Assembly (NCBI GenBank): GCA_021796115.1
Contig: JAJYOP010000002.1
Location: 70,842-134,841, forward strand
DNA length: 64,000 bases
Source: a bacterium
GTDB taxonomy: Bacteria; Omnitrophota; Gorgyraeia; Duberdicusellales; 4484-171
Reading direction: 5' to 3'
Made by a program: the position numbers and the translations under genes. Positions 27,862 through 37,829 of the stretch are shown here, piece after piece (position 1 is the stretch's first letter; the number at the start of each line of letters is the position of its first letter). Under the pieces are notes generated by a model, which had not been told where the DNA came from, made no database searches, and worked only from the letters and a program-made list of their open reading frames with translations.

Positions 27862-29143
27862 TTTTTCTCCTATTTCTTCCGCCTTCCAACGCCTTGGCAG
27901 GAACACCTACGACGGTTTCTTTGGCTTTAACATTTTTTAAGACAACGCTGCCTGCGCCTGTTTTGGCAGATTTCCCAATTTTAACCGGCGCCACTAAAAT
28001 ACTATCAGAGCCGATAAAAGCTCCTTTCTCGATTATGGTTTTATTTTTGGTTTTGCCGTTATAATTAGCGACTACAGTTCCGGCGCCGATATTTACGTTA
28101 TCGCCGATGGTTGTATCACCAATATAACTAAAGTGCTTAATTCTTGTATTTTTTCCGACCCTGGAACGGCAGATTTCTGCAAAATTACCAACTGCGGTAT
28201 CGTCAGAAATGCGGGTTCCTTCTCTTAAATGAGCAAAAGGTCCGACCTGGCAACGAACGCCAATTATAACATTTCTTTCTATAAAGGTAAAGGGATAAAT
28301 TAAGGTATTCTTGCCAATTTTGACATTCTCGCCGATAAAGGTACTCTGAGGGTCCATTATCCTGACGCCGGAACTCATAAAACATTCTAATGCGCGCTTA
28401 TTGATTATACGTTCGGCTAAAGAAAGTTCTTTCGGGCTGTTTATACCCAAAATTTCATCGCTGTCGCTAAGCACATAAGAACCAATTTTTATTCCGTTGT
28501 TATAAAGAATTTCAATTAGGTCCGTAAAATAATATTCGCCTTTATTTTCGTTTTTCTTTATGTATTTAAGATTTTCAAAAAGCGCTCGGCATTCGAAAGC
28601 ATAAATACCGCTGTTAACTTCCTTTAAGCTAATCTTAAGATTCATGTGTTTGCGTAAATCACTTGCTTCGCATATAGATTTAACGCCGCCGTAGCTATCG
28701 CGGATAATTCTCCCCAGGTCATTTTTCTTATCGATGTAGGCGCTAATGAGCGAAGCGGTTAACTTTTCGTTTTCGTAGGATTCCAGGAAGGAAAGAATTG
28801 TTTCCCGGGTAATCAGCGGTGCGTCAGCGCAAAGGATTAAAACATTTTCGTATTTTACCTTTTCTTCGGCGCATTTGACGGCATCTGCTGTGCCAAGCAA
28901 TTGTCGTTGCCTTACGAATTCAATATTTTTGAATTTTTTCTTCACGTAGGATTCCACAGATTTCGCTTCATAGCCGGTTACAACAATTACCTGTTTTATG
29001 TTTTTGATACTTTTCAACTGTTCCAAAACATAACCAATAAGCGGTTTGGCGCCAAGCGCATGAAGAACTTTTGGTATGTCCGATTTCATCCGGACCCCTT
29101 TTCCTGCGGCAAGAACTATTGCGGTAAAATTGGCATTACGCAT
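27854..29143 (-). CDS. glmU: Bifunctional GlcNAc-1-P uridyltransferase / GlcN-1-P acetyltransferase
   Basis: LAAGKGVRMKS N-terminal nucleotidyltransferase and a C-terminal hexapeptide-repeat domain. Confidence 0.9.
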   Translation of the reverse strand: MRNANFTAIVLAAGKGVRMKSDIPKVLHALGAKPLIGYVLEQLKSIKNIKQVIVVTGYEAKSVESYVKKKFKNIEFVRQRQLLGTADAVKCAEEKVKYENVLILCADAPLITRETILSFLESYENEKLTASLISAYIDKKNDLGRIIRDSYGGVKSICEASDLRKHMNLKISLKEVNSGIYAFECRALFENLKYIKKNENKGEYYFTDLIEILYNNGIKIGSYVLSDSDEILGINSPKELSLAERIINKRALECFMSSGVRIMDPQSTFIGENVKIGKNTLIYPFTFIERNVIIGVRCQVGPFAHLREGTRISDDTAVGNFAEICRSRVGKNTRIKHFSYIGDTTIGDNVNIGAGTVVANYNGKTKNKTIIEKGAFIGSDSILVAPVKIGKSAKTGAGSVVLKNVKAKETVVGVPAKALEGGRNRRKNG

Positions 29144-29342
29144 CGTTATAATTGGTAAATTTTAGCTAAATAACCCCTCTTAAAACATTCAGATTATATT
29201 CCAATGTTATTTCGCAGTCAATCAATTTTCAATCAACTCTCAAAAACTATTTCCTGCATAGTAATGCCGTTAAATGCCGAGAAAACGCAAAAGATTTTTT
29301 TGCACCTTTGCGTCTTCCTTGCGATTTTGCGCTTGCCTTAGC

Positions 29343-31616
29343 TTAAAACTTTGAATATCTCAAGCGTAGAGAGTTAGTCACAACCGAAAGGGAGCTAAAA
29401 CTCATGGCTGCGGCAGCAATAACCGGGCTTAGTAAAATTCCGAATAATGGGTACAAAATGCCGGCGGCTACCGGGATGCCCAGGCTGTTATAGACAAAAG
29501 CAAAAAAGAGGTTTTGCCGGATATTTTTCATAATTATGCGGCTGAAAATTAATGTTTTGGCAATGCCATTCAAATCGCCTTTAACTAGGGCGATATCCGA
29601 ACTCTCAATAGCGATATCCGTGCCAGTTCCCATCGCCACCCCAATATCTGATTCCGATAAAGCCGGGGCATCATTTATTCCGTCACCGGCCATTAACGGG
29701 TGCTTACCTTTTTGTTTCAGCTCTTTAACTATGGCCAGTTTATCTTGCGGTTTAAGTGCGGCGTGCACCTCATCTATCCCCAATCCTCTGGCGATAGCCA
29801 GAGCGGTTAATTGATTATCGCCGGTAACCATAACTACCCTTAAGCCCATTGCATGCAGTTTTTTTAGCGCGAGCGGCGTTGTTTCTTTGATGGGATCGGA
29901 AATTGCAAAAAACCCGGCAATTTCCATATCGATTGCCAGCCAAACAATTGTTTCAGTGTTAGCCTGAAATTGTGCGGCTTTATTTTTCAATTCACCGTCA
30001 ATTATAATTTTAGCGCCATTTAAAAAATCTTCTTTGCCGAGCAAAATATTTTTTCCTTTGACGATAGCCTTGGCCCCCATGCCGGTAATTGTTTCAAATT
30101 CTTCGGCGTTTGGAATTTCGAATTTTCGTTCTTTTGCATAATCAACAATCGCTATTGCCAAAGGGTGTTCGCTTAATAGTTCAATAGCGGCGGCACTCTC
30201 TAAAAAAATTTGTTCGCTGAAGTTTTTATTAACTGTTATAGTGATTACGCGTGGCTTGCCTAAAGTCAACGTTCCGGTTTTATCGACCAAAACATGCGTT
30301 ATCTTATCTGCTTTCTCAATCGCCTCCGCATTTTTAATTAAAATTCCCGATAGTGCTGCGCGGCCTACCCCAACCATAACCGACATCGGCGTTGCAAGGC
30401 CAAGCGCGCATGGACAGGCAATAATTAAAACCGAAATCGCATTAACTACGGCATAGGAGAGCGAAGGCTTGGAGCCGAAAACAAGCCAAGCAAAAAAAGT
30501 AATTACCGCCGTAAAGATAACGGTTGGCACAAAATAGCTGGAAACCTTATCGGCTAACTTTTGTATTGGCGCGCGACTCCTTTGCGCGGTTTCAACCATC
30601 TGGATAATTTGCGAAAGCAAGGTTTCCGCGCCAACTTTTTCTGCGCGCATCAGAAAAGTTCCGGTTTGATTAATCGTTGCGCCGGCAACTTTATCACCTG
30701 TGCCCTTTTGGAGTGGTACGGGTTCTCCGGAAAGCATTGACTCGTCGATTGCGCTTTGGCCTTCAATAATTATCCCGTCAACAGGGACTTTCTCGCCAGG
30801 CTTAACGCGCAGTAAATCCCCTTTTTTTACTGCTCCAATCTTTACTTCTTCTTCCCGGCCATTCGTTACAAGATGGGCATTTTTTGCCGCAAACCCGAGA
30901 AGAGCCTTAATGGCATGCCCGGTTTTGTTTCTTGCTTTCGCTTCCAATAATTGGCCTAAAAGAACGAGAAGCGTAATCATGGCGGCGGCTTCGAAATAAA
31001 GATTAATCCGTCCGGCGGCTTTAAGCGAACTGGGGAAAATTTTTGGCAAAATTACCGCAAATAAACTATAGCCGTAAGCTGATATTACACCCAGCGATAT
31101 CAAAGTGAACATATTCAGGGATCTGGAAATTAATGATTTCAGGGCTTTAATATGAAAAAATCCTCCCGACCAAAAGACAACCGGCGTTGCGAATACTAAT
31201 TGAACCCAGGAAGATATTTTATACGAAAGTATTGCCGATATTTTCAGGAAAGGAAATATTTCACCGGCGTTTAAGATAATGACGGGGGCAGCGAAAATAA
31301 TTCCCAACCAGAACTTAATGAAGTAAGAACGAATTGATACCTCTTCTAAAGTATCTTTGGCTGCGCCAACCGGTTCAAGAGCCATTCCGCATTTAGGGCA
31401 ATCTCCGAAATTTTTTTGACGGATCTCCGGATGCATCGGGCAGGTAAAAAAGGTACTTTCTTTTGGGGCAGCTAACTTTTCACCTTCGTTTTGTATTTGT
31501 TTTAAAAATTTTTCCCGGCAATGCCGGCTGCAGAAAAAGTATTCCTGCCGGTTATCTTTAAGCATTAAATCCTTATTTTTTTCAACTGACATTTTGCAGA
31601 CAGGATCAATTGGCAT
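29343..31616 (-). CDS. copA: Copper-translocating P1B-type ATPase with N-terminal TRASH/YHS-like and Cys-rich metal-binding modules
   Basis: CPC transmembrane (TM) motif, [16 protein letters not shown]-terminus has PVCKMSV...CSRHC and CPMHPE...CPKCGM. Confidence 0.9.
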   Translation of the reverse strand: MPIDPVCKMSVEKNKDLMLKDNRQEYFFCSRHCREKFLKQIQNEGEKLAAPKESTFFTCPMHPEIRQKNFGDCPKCGMALEPVGAAKDTLEEVSIRSYFIKFWLGIIFAAPVIILNAGEIFPFLKISAILSYKISSWVQLVFATPVVFWSGGFFHIKALKSLISRSLNMFTLISLGVISAYGYSLFAVILPKIFPSSLKAAGRINLYFEAAAMITLLVLLGQLLEAKARNKTGHAIKALLGFAAKNAHLVTNGREEEVKIGAVKKGDLLRVKPGEKVPVDGIIIEGQSAIDESMLSGEPVPLQKGTGDKVAGATINQTGTFLMRAEKVGAETLLSQIIQMVETAQRSRAPIQKLADKVSSYFVPTVIFTAVITFFAWLVFGSKPSLSYAVVNAISVLIIACPCALGLATPMSVMVGVGRAALSGILIKNAEAIEKADKITHVLVDKTGTLTLGKPRVITITVNKNFSEQIFLESAAAIELLSEHPLAIAIVDYAKERKFEIPNAEEFETITGMGAKAIVKGKNILLGKEDFLNGAKIIIDGELKNKAAQFQANTETIVWLAIDMEIAGFFAISDPIKETTPLALKKLHAMGLRVVMVTGDNQLTALAIARGLGIDEVHAALKPQDKLAIVKELKQKGKHPLMAGDGINDAPALSESDIGVAMGTGTDIAIESSDIALVKGDLNGIAKTLIFSRIIMKNIRQNLFFAFVYNSLGIPVAAGILYPLFGILLSPVIAAAAMSFSSLSVVTNSLRLRYSKF

Positions 31617-31971
31617 GAAGTGTATTGATTAGGGTGCGGTTGTATTTAGATATTAATACTATGAACTATTGCAATTCACGTAATTTACGCCGTGCGCGCT
31701 TTTGTTTAAGCAACAATACCTTATCGGCAAGTTCGTTCATTAGCCGTATACCTTTGAGCTTTTTCAGCGCAGATATTTTAGAGCTACGTATCAACCTTTG
31801 TTTTCGTGTTTCCCATCCAAACATCATTTTAAAATATTTCTTCTTTAATTTCTGCGAATCCCGACCGGCGGTTTCGTTTACCGAAGGGCAAAGCAGAACT
31901 GGGCACTGTAAAGCAAGTTATAAAATTTTTCCAGCACGATTATACTAAAGAATTTGGGCTAATTCAAGACT

Positions 31972-31987
31972 TTTTGTCTAGACAAAA
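31972..31987. promoter_or_regulatory. Perfect 16-bp palindrome TTTTGTCTAGACAAAA just upstream of the P-loop/HTH gene
   Basis: Read directly. It lies 20 nt before the ATG at 32008 and abuts the AGGAAG RBS. Confidence 0.35.
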
Positions 31988-32007
31988 TAATCAACAGGAA
32001 GTAGAAA

Positions 32008-33099
32008 ATGTTAAATGAAAATAATACAAATAAATTAAGTAAACTCATTGGTTATGGATTAACTGGCTTAGCGATATATAAATTAATACAGTTAACCAGA
32101 AATGGTGGCGAAAAGCAGCTTCTGGAATATTTGCAAAAACTTGTTAAAGAAAAAAATGGTCTTAACCAAGATGCAGAAAGAGTAAAGGTACAAGAAAGTA
32201 TCCCTGATCTGAAGGAATTGAAGGAAAAGATTAAAGGAATATTTGAGTCTATCGATATAATAAAATCAACCCCTTTAGCTTCAGTAGCTTCCAGAAGCCA
32301 AGTTACTTATCCATCTGCCATAACTATTGATTCCGATAAGATTAAATGGCTTGAAGTGATTAAGCATCCTTGTAGAATCACAATATTAGGCGCACCAGGT
32401 ACAGGAAAAAGCGCACTTGCCCACTATCTTATGGAAATACTTCATTGGAAATTACCTACTTATATTGTAGGGTTTCCTAAGAATAAAGAGTATTTACTAC
32501 CTCCGTGGCTTGGTATAGTCAAAGATTTGGATAGTATATTATTAGGCTCTGTCAATCTCATTGATGAGGCATATTTACTTTATTCTTCCAGAGAAAGCCT
32601 TAAAAATGACAGTAAATCAATGTCTAAGGCTCTTGGGTTATTTAGGCAAAGGCAATGTACTTTAATCTTTGTAGGACAGGAATCAAGACTGATAGACAGA
32701 AATATTATCAGTTCTACTGATGTGCTTATCTTTAAGGATCCGGGGTTCTTACAAGTAGGTTTTGATAGGCCAGAATTACGAAGAATTCTTTGCAGAGTCA
32801 GGGAAGAATTCAATAGAATCAATAAAGATAAAAGAACTTGGGCCTATGTTTATTCGCCTTGGTTTGAAGGATTATTGAGATGTTACTTGCCAAGCTATTG
32901 GAGCAATAACGTTAGCCGTGCTTATGCCTATCAAGATACAGATTCAGATGGCAGAATAGCAAAATTAGCGATAAGAGAAGAGAAAAAGAAAATGGCACAA
33001 GAAATCTATGCTACAGGAAGATATTCCTATAAAATGATTGCGAAAATATTGGGATGCAGCAAGGCGACAGTGATTAACTGGGTTAAACACAATTATTGA
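32008..33099 (+). CDS. Membrane-anchored P-loop NTPase with C-terminal resolvase-type HTH
   Basis: N-terminal TM helix (LIGYGLTGLAIYKLI), Walker A GAPGTGKS, Walker B VNLIDEA, and a C-terminal HTH (YKMIAKILGCSKATVINWV). Confidence 0.6.
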   Translation: MLNENNTNKLSKLIGYGLTGLAIYKLIQLTRNGGEKQLLEYLQKLVKEKNGLNQDAERVKVQESIPDLKELKEKIKGIFESIDIIKSTPLASVASRSQVTYPSAITIDSDKIKWLEVIKHPCRITILGAPGTGKSALAHYLMEILHWKLPTYIVGFPKNKEYLLPPWLGIVKDLDSILLGSVNLIDEAYLLYSSRESLKNDSKSMSKALGLFRQRQCTLIFVGQESRLIDRNIISSTDVLIFKDPGFLQVGFDRPELRRILCRVREEFNRINKDKRTWAYVYSPWFEGLLRCYLPSYWSNNVSRAYAYQDTDSDGRIAKLAIREEKKKMAQEIYATGRYSYKMIAKILGCSKATVINWVKHNY

Positions 33100-33249
33100 G
33101 CTATTCGCTAAAATCATCTTTTCAAAAATCTTCCCTCTTGGCTCATTAACGAAAAATATCTGGTAAACTGATAATTTTGTTATCACGGACAAAGCGGCTG
33201 TTTACTTTTGGCTATGATCTATTATTCTACAGACAATCGGCGAAGCAGG

Positions 33250-33540
33250 TCAGAGTTCCCCCAATATAGTTTGTATTACATTCGACACATCAAAGCTTAC
33301 ACGCACCTTATGGTTGGCTACACTTGGCAGCGAAGACGTAGCTTTATATAATTCCCGATTCGGACTTTCTGCAATGATATTATTTACGGCTGCATCTTGG
33401 CGCGAAAGGAAACCGTCTTCTCTTTCGTCTTGGTTAGTATATTGTAAATCTTCAATTGCCCGACCAACGGCAGGCATGATATCTACATGTTCGGCTAAAA
33501 TTTTAAAAGCACTATTCAGATTACTCAGCGGATTCGACAT
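33250..33540 (-). CDS. Hypothetical protein (possibly another fragment)
   Basis: 96-aa ORF with no recognisable motif. Overlaps the RM-like fragment out of frame. Confidence 0.3.
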   Translation of the reverse strand: MSNPLSNLNSAFKILAEHVDIMPAVGRAIEDLQYTNQDEREDGFLSRQDAAVNNIIAESPNRELYKATSSLPSVANHKVRVSFDVSNVIQTILGEL

Positions 33541-33806
33541 CTTTTGTACCCTCTAATTCTTCCAATGATCTTTGTATATCTTTTAATTCTTGTTCATTTA
33601 AATTCCAAAGCTTTGCTGCCTGGAAATCAATAGCCTCTTCGATCTTATTTAATTTTTCTCCTTTATTAGCCGCATTATGGGCTTGTTCAGAAAGTTCGGA
33701 TAACTTAATGTGGATAGAATTATTTAAATCAAACTTAGGAATAGAGATATTATCTAAAACATGGGGAATATCCACGTTGTGTTGAAGATATATAGTAGCT
33801 CCACCT
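33521..33806 (-). pseudogene. C-terminal remnant of a type IIG / PglX-like restriction-modification methyltransferase
   Basis: ...ISIPKFDLNN...KIEEAIDFQAAKLWNLNEQELKDIQRSLEEL resembles the conserved C-terminal tail (...IDxLVYxLYGLTEEEIKIVE) of such enzymes. Stop codons lie immediately upstream and no catalytic domains are present. Confidence 0.45.
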
Positions 33807-33859
33807 CAGCAGAGTTGCTTATAAACATAGCTATATTCCGCTTGTCTTTACTGGCAACC

Positions 33860-34107
33860 CTAATCCTGATGGTCTATTAATATAAGCATAATTAATGAGC
33901 CAATTCCTGGAAAAGTTAAACATGAAATGCTACCTATTGCTCCCAATGAAATAGTGATTATGTTTTTAGATTTATTTTCTATTGTAAATTTTATAAGTCT
34001 ATTAAAGTCTTGTTCATTATTTGCTTTAACTGCAATTTTAACTAAATGAGTACCAGCTTTTTTGCTTTATCAAGTATCTTTTTTAAGAATCCATCATTTG
34101 GCGTCAT
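33860..34107 (-). pseudogene. aroD: Fragment of type I 3-dehydroquinate dehydratase (aroD) with a frameshift
   Basis: TPNDGFLKKILDKAKK / AGTHLVKIAVKANNEQDFNRLIKFTIENKSKNIITISLGAIGSISCLTFPGIGS parallels E. coli AroD [31 protein letters not shown]...[24 protein letters not shown]. The frame breaks in an A-run near 34060. The N-terminal two thirds are absent. Confidence 0.5.
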
Positions 34108-34359
34108 TTTATTTTTTTTCTTGTATATTTTCAGAGTTTAGTCCAGACAATTCGAGCCAGGGGGGAAGGGCGATATACCGATTACCCCAGAAAGGTTTTG
34201 TTTTAAACTTAAGTTTTATATATGTTATCGCATATGCCAGGTAAAGCATATTTCGCGTATTTAAAACATTTTTCTTTATTCTAAGCTGGCTATTTTTATC
34301 TTTATTTTTAAAACTGCGGATTTGGCGGATTTTAGGGCAAAAAAAAGTAAAAATTTCTC

Positions 34360-34387
34360 TTTACAAATTTAATAATATTACTACAAT
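34360..34387 (+). promoter_or_regulatory. Candidate promoter of the PEP-CTERM gene pair
   Basis: TTTACA-N16-TACAAT. An AGGAGG RBS sits 4 nt before the ATG at 34446. Confidence 0.35.
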
Positions 34388-34445
34388 ATAGTTCGTGAAA
34401 ATGAGTATTTTAGCATTGATTTGCAGATAGATTCCAGGAGGTGAT

Positions 34446-34970
34446 ATGAAAAAATTTACAGGTTTGGCTTCGCTTTTCTCTGTTCTTCTCTTCATTGCGA
34501 TGGCAAGCTCTGCATTTGCGGGTATCGATAGGAATGGCGTAACTATGTTTATGACTGATAACAATTCCGCAATTCCGACGTCTTCACAAACAACTTTTGC
34601 TTTATCAGAAACGCCATATTTATTTATTGGTTTTCCATCATCGTTCTCCAATTTATGGAAAAGCGATGCGAGCCTATGGAAAAATCCAGATGGATTGATT
34701 AAAGGTTTTACCGTAAGTCCCTTTGCTAACACAAACAATTGGTATACAATTTCAAACTGGGACCGCGTAAAAACAACAGGTCTATGGAAAGTTGACGCTG
34801 GATATCTTGGCGTTGGGTTCTTTAATGTGAAGAGTGGTGGTGAAGCTTTAAATTTTAAGGTCGTGCCAGAACCGTTTAGTTCCGCATTGTTTCTTTTAGG
34901 TGGCGGTGCGCTGGCTTTAGGAGCATATCGCAGGAGATCCACCAAAAAAAGTATAGGGAGTAACCATTAA
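34446..34970 (+). CDS. Small secreted PEP-CTERM protein, paralog 1
   Basis: Signal peptide, then C-terminal VPEP + FSSALFLLGGGALALGAY + RRRS (PEP motif, TM helix, basic cluster). Confidence 0.85.
   Translation: MKKFTGLASLFSVLLFIAMASSAFAGIDRNGVTMFMTDNNSAIPTSSQTTFALSETPYLFIGFPSSFSNLWKSDASLWKNPDGLIKGFTVSPFANTNNWYTISNWDRVKTTGLWKVDAGYLGVGFFNVKSGGEALNFKVVPEPFSSALFLLGGGALALGAYRRRSTKKSIGSNH
34854..34932. repeat. 79-bp block identical to 35344-35422
   Basis: Base-by-base comparison: tttaaggtcgtgccagaaccgtttagttccgcattgtttcttttaggtggcggtgcgctggctttaggagcatatcgca occurs in both genes. Confidence 0.95.
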
Positions 34971-34986
34971 GAAAGAAGGAGCATTC

Positions 34987-35445
34987 ATGAAGAAAATGTT
35001 AATTCTCTTAGCCATTTTTTCGGGGTTAGTATTAATAAGCAATGCTTTCGCTACTGACATTTTCATGACTGATAGTAACGGCAGCACTACACCTAAGTCA
35101 ACATTCACCTTGAGCGAAACACCCTGGCTTTATGTGGACCTTCCGACAGCAGGATTAAACGTAATTGGTTCGTGGTGGCAAGAGCCTTCGCACAAATATG
35201 ATTTTGCAGGTTCAAACCCTAGTGAGAACCAACAAGTATGGATTAGTCCTGAAAACTGGAATCTTATTAAGCAAACTGGACTATGGAATGTGCAAGCTGT
35301 TTATACTTACGCTGGAGGTTCCATGGGTTCCGGAACTACGTCATTTAAGGTCGTGCCAGAACCGTTTAGTTCCGCATTGTTTCTTTTAGGTGGCGGTGCG
35401 CTGGCTTTAGGAGCATATCGCAAGCGAGCATCGAAGAAAGCATAA
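34987..35445 (+). CDS. Small secreted PEP-CTERM protein, paralog 2
   Basis: Signal peptide, shared core (F.LSETPWLY...W...GLWNV), and the same PEP-CTERM tail. Confidence 0.85.
   Translation: MKKMLILLAIFSGLVLISNAFATDIFMTDSNGSTTPKSTFTLSETPWLYVDLPTAGLNVIGSWWQEPSHKYDFAGSNPSENQQVWISPENWNLIKQTGLWNVQAVYTYAGGSMGSGTTSFKVVPEPFSSALFLLGGGALALGAYRKRASKKA
35344..35422. repeat. Second copy of the 79-bp identical block
   Basis: See 34854-34932. Offset is exactly 490 bp. Confidence 0.95.
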
Positions 35446-35467
35446 TTACTGCTAAATAAGACTAAAA

Positions 35468-35506
35468 CAAAAAAGCAACTTGTAAATGAGTTGCTTTTTT
35501 GTTTTT
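35468..35506 (+). terminator. Rho-independent terminator (bidirectional type)
   Basis: A-tract, stem gcaact/agttgc (35475-80 / 35489-94) with an 8-nt loop, then TTTTTTGTTTTT. Confidence 0.6.
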
Positions 35507-35692
35507 AATTATTTGATCTGTACTAGAGTAGCAAACTATTACGGTGTTATAGTTCAGACCGGATTACCCTTAACCAAACCATAAACAATATAAATGCCAA
35601 TACCATAAGGACAGACAGACACTTCCTTAGCGGAAATAATTATAAGTCAATCACTCAAAATTAAGAGTAAGTCGGGATTTATCCGAAGTAAA

Positions 35693-36331
35693 TTATTTTC
35701 CGAATATATACTCTCTATCCTGTTGTGAAAGATTGGACCTTAATTCCCGAATAAATTCTTTGGCAAGTTTTATGACAGAAGGAAGGTTTTCTTCAGTGGC
35801 AGGTATTTCAAAGCGAACCATCAATCCTGATTTTTTCTTGTTTAAAAAGGTATCCCATAACTCAATTATTTTCTGCTGACTCCAGGATGCGATTTTTTTG
35901 TCTATGCAAAGCCAATAAATCACAAGTCTTCCTTCACCACCCTTTTTCATAAAAACTGTCTGGGCCTGGAAAGAAGATATTCCTGATTTAATCTTTATTT
36001 TATCAAGATCCCTGGCTTCATAGCCTGAATTACCGTAACAAATCTTCGGGTTATGGAAATTACCCGCATCAAGCACCAGAAAAAGCAATGACTCTCCGTA
36101 ATCATCTGCGTAAATACGCGCGAAAATATCTCCGATAAAGTTATAACGTTTATCTTGAGGATTAAGCTGACTACTGACATCTGTGCTTCGCCAGCCAGAC
36201 ATACGTAAAGGTATGTTTATCTCTTTTAAAATGTTTATACCATTGTATTTTGCCTTAGGCAGGAAGAAGCTTGCAAAGATAGTCAGAATCAAAAGTATGA
36301 CTACGATTGTTTGTTTTTTATTAATCATCAT
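35693..36331 (-). CDS. epsI: Exosortase-associated EpsI-family protein
   Basis: Single N-terminal TM helix then a periplasmic domain. Lies immediately downstream of the exosortase. The start is taken at MMINKK (36331), because the longer ORF-track N-terminus overlaps the exosortase gene. Confidence 0.75.
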   Translation of the reverse strand: MMINKKQTIVVILLILTIFASFFLPKAKYNGINILKEINIPLRMSGWRSTDVSSQLNPQDKRYNFIGDIFARIYADDYGESLLFLVLDAGNFHNPKICYGNSGYEARDLDKIKIKSGISSFQAQTVFMKKGGEGRLVIYWLCIDKKIASWSQQKIIELWDTFLNKKKSGLMVRFEIPATEENLPSVIKLAKEFIRELRSNLSQQDREYIFGK

Positions 36332-36342
36332 TTTCTTATGAT

Positions 36343-37179
36343 TCAATCCAGAAGACCGTCTACCCAGAATAATCCTGCGATTAATACGAGGAATATGACG
36401 TAGCCGGCTATATTGTGGAATACTTGTCCAGCTTTTTCTCCCAGATGATATGTCACCAGGCATATGCCCGTTATGCGCAAAAGGTTCCCAACTAAAGCAA
36501 TGGGTATGACAGAAAATACGAGCAAGGCTTTCTTCTTCAAAGAACCTTTATTTAAATAGGCATAGGCTAAACCCAACGCAACCATGGTAATCAGCGAACG
36601 AAAACCACTGCAGGGAGCGCCAAGGTAAATTTCATGGTTTGAAATCGAAAGTAACAAACCATCGCGTGTGATGGGATAATGGAAAAGTTTTAATATCATT
36701 TCCGTCATAACGGATGCGCCGTAGCGCATGGGCATGGTTATAGAATCAAGTATTCCCAAAGGCGGTGGCACCATAAGCAAGAGGTAACAAACAGGAAATG
36801 AAAGCATTTTTGTAACGCCGGTACCGTAGATATAAAGCAAAATGCCAAAAGTAACTAAAATCAAAGAAAAAGTAGAGATGAAAAGAAAATCCCAGCGCCA
36901 GCCGAAAACAAACATCAGTAATCCGGCAATAAATAGAATCAGCCCGAGGATATTTGGCCGTGCAACAGTTTTTTCAAAGGCCAGCTTTAGCGGTTTGCGT
37001 TTCAGCCAGGCAAACCATAAAGAAACAGGCAGGATAAAATAAGCATGGGTATAGTCAATATTTTCCCACCGTGATCTGTAAAGCTGATAGAATATAGGGG
37101 AATACAGAATAGCAGTAAGAAGCCAAATTAGATAATTCATAAAAACAAAAATGGAAGGAAGATTGACTTTTCCTTCCAT
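36343..37179 (-). CDS. Exosortase (short, stand-alone form)
   Basis: Polytopic membrane protein with conserved Cys (GAPCSGFRSL), Arg (GNLLRI) and His (FHNIAGY) motifs and an N-terminal W..DY.H region. The start may be M14 (37140). Confidence 0.85.
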   Translation of the reverse strand: MEGKVNLPSIFVFMNYLIWLLTAILYSPIFYQLYRSRWENIDYTHAYFILPVSLWFAWLKRKPLKLAFEKTVARPNILGLILFIAGLLMFVFGWRWDFLFISTFSLILVTFGILLYIYGTGVTKMLSFPVCYLLLMVPPPLGILDSITMPMRYGASVMTEMILKLFHYPITRDGLLLSISNHEIYLGAPCSGFRSLITMVALGLAYAYLNKGSLKKKALLVFSVIPIALVGNLLRITGICLVTYHLGEKAGQVFHNIAGYVIFLVLIAGLFWVDGLLD

Positions 37180-37205
37180 TTATTATAACAACGAATTCAA
37201 CAATT

Positions 37206-37709
37206 TTAAGCGTTTTGTTTTCTCTTACGGTAAACCCTTATCGCTAGCGCTCCTCCGCCCAATAAAAACAATGTGGAACTGATTGGCTCTGGAATAACTG
37301 TAAAGTGTGCGGTTCCGATAAGTGACCTTCCATCATCTAATTTCTCAAATGCGCGGATGTTCCATTTTCCTATTTTGTCATCGCCAAGGCCTGGCCAGAA
37401 ATCATCGGTAAAAGAAAGCCAAACCTTATTTTTTCCGCTTACAACCAATTCTGTACTTTTAAATTTATCTCCGAGAGGATCCGTCCATCTTGATATAGGA
37501 TTGGTTAACGTATCATCGAATTTAATCAGCAGCCACGGCTTTTGGGTTGGAGTAAATACGTTAACCCAGTCGGTACTGCCCTGAGTTAATACGGTATAAA
37601 CTCCGTCTGTTTTATCATTTTTTGCAAACGCGCTGCCGGTATTAGAAACCACCATCGACATTAATAAAACCGATAATAAAACCACTGCTTTTTTCATACT
37701 ACACCTCAC
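37206..37709 (-). CDS. Small secreted PEP-CTERM protein, paralog 3
   Basis: Signal peptide. Tail reads IPEP + ISSTLFLLGGGALAIRVY + RKRK. The core aligns loosely with paralogs 1 and 2 (TQKPWLLIKF...W..P...KVWLSF...GKWNI). Confidence 0.85.
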   Translation of the reverse strand: MRCSMKKAVVLLSVLLMSMVVSNTGSAFAKNDKTDGVYTVLTQGSTDWVNVFTPTQKPWLLIKFDDTLTNPISRWTDPLGDKFKSTELVVSGKNKVWLSFTDDFWPGLGDDKIGKWNIRAFEKLDDGRSLIGTAHFTVIPEPISSTLFLLGGGALAIRVYRKRKQNA

Positions 37710-37829
37710 TTACTACAAATCATTCCTTTAACTGAAAATAACCCTTAAACAGATTGCTGGGTCATTATAAAAGACATTAGCTTACTGTCAAGATTTTTTT
37801 ACAAAACCAGCTTATTAAGTTTAACTTTT

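Noticed and set aside
31851-31876. tgcgaatcccgaccggcggt resembles a tRNA T-loop plus 3' acceptor half, which could have been the island's second att site.
   Set aside because: The T-loop deviates from GTTCGAATC, there is no matching 5' T-stem, and the implied acceptor would start with C or A. It is unrelated to tRNA-Gln. Probably coincidence.
31625-31948. 107-aa plus-strand ORF, and a 50-aa basic minus-strand ORF (31675-31827, MMFGWETRKQRLIRSSK...), in the copA upstream region.
   Set aside because: Neither has a convincing RBS, a motif, or a metal-binding signature that would suggest CopZ or CsoR. There is not enough support to call either a gene.
34361-34945. 194-aa ORF antisense to PEP-CTERM paralog 1; it is longer than the gene it overlaps.
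   Set aside because: The plus-strand gene has an AGGAGG RBS, a signal peptide, a PEP-CTERM tail and paralogs. The antisense frame has no motif and no RBS, and is best explained as a chance open frame.
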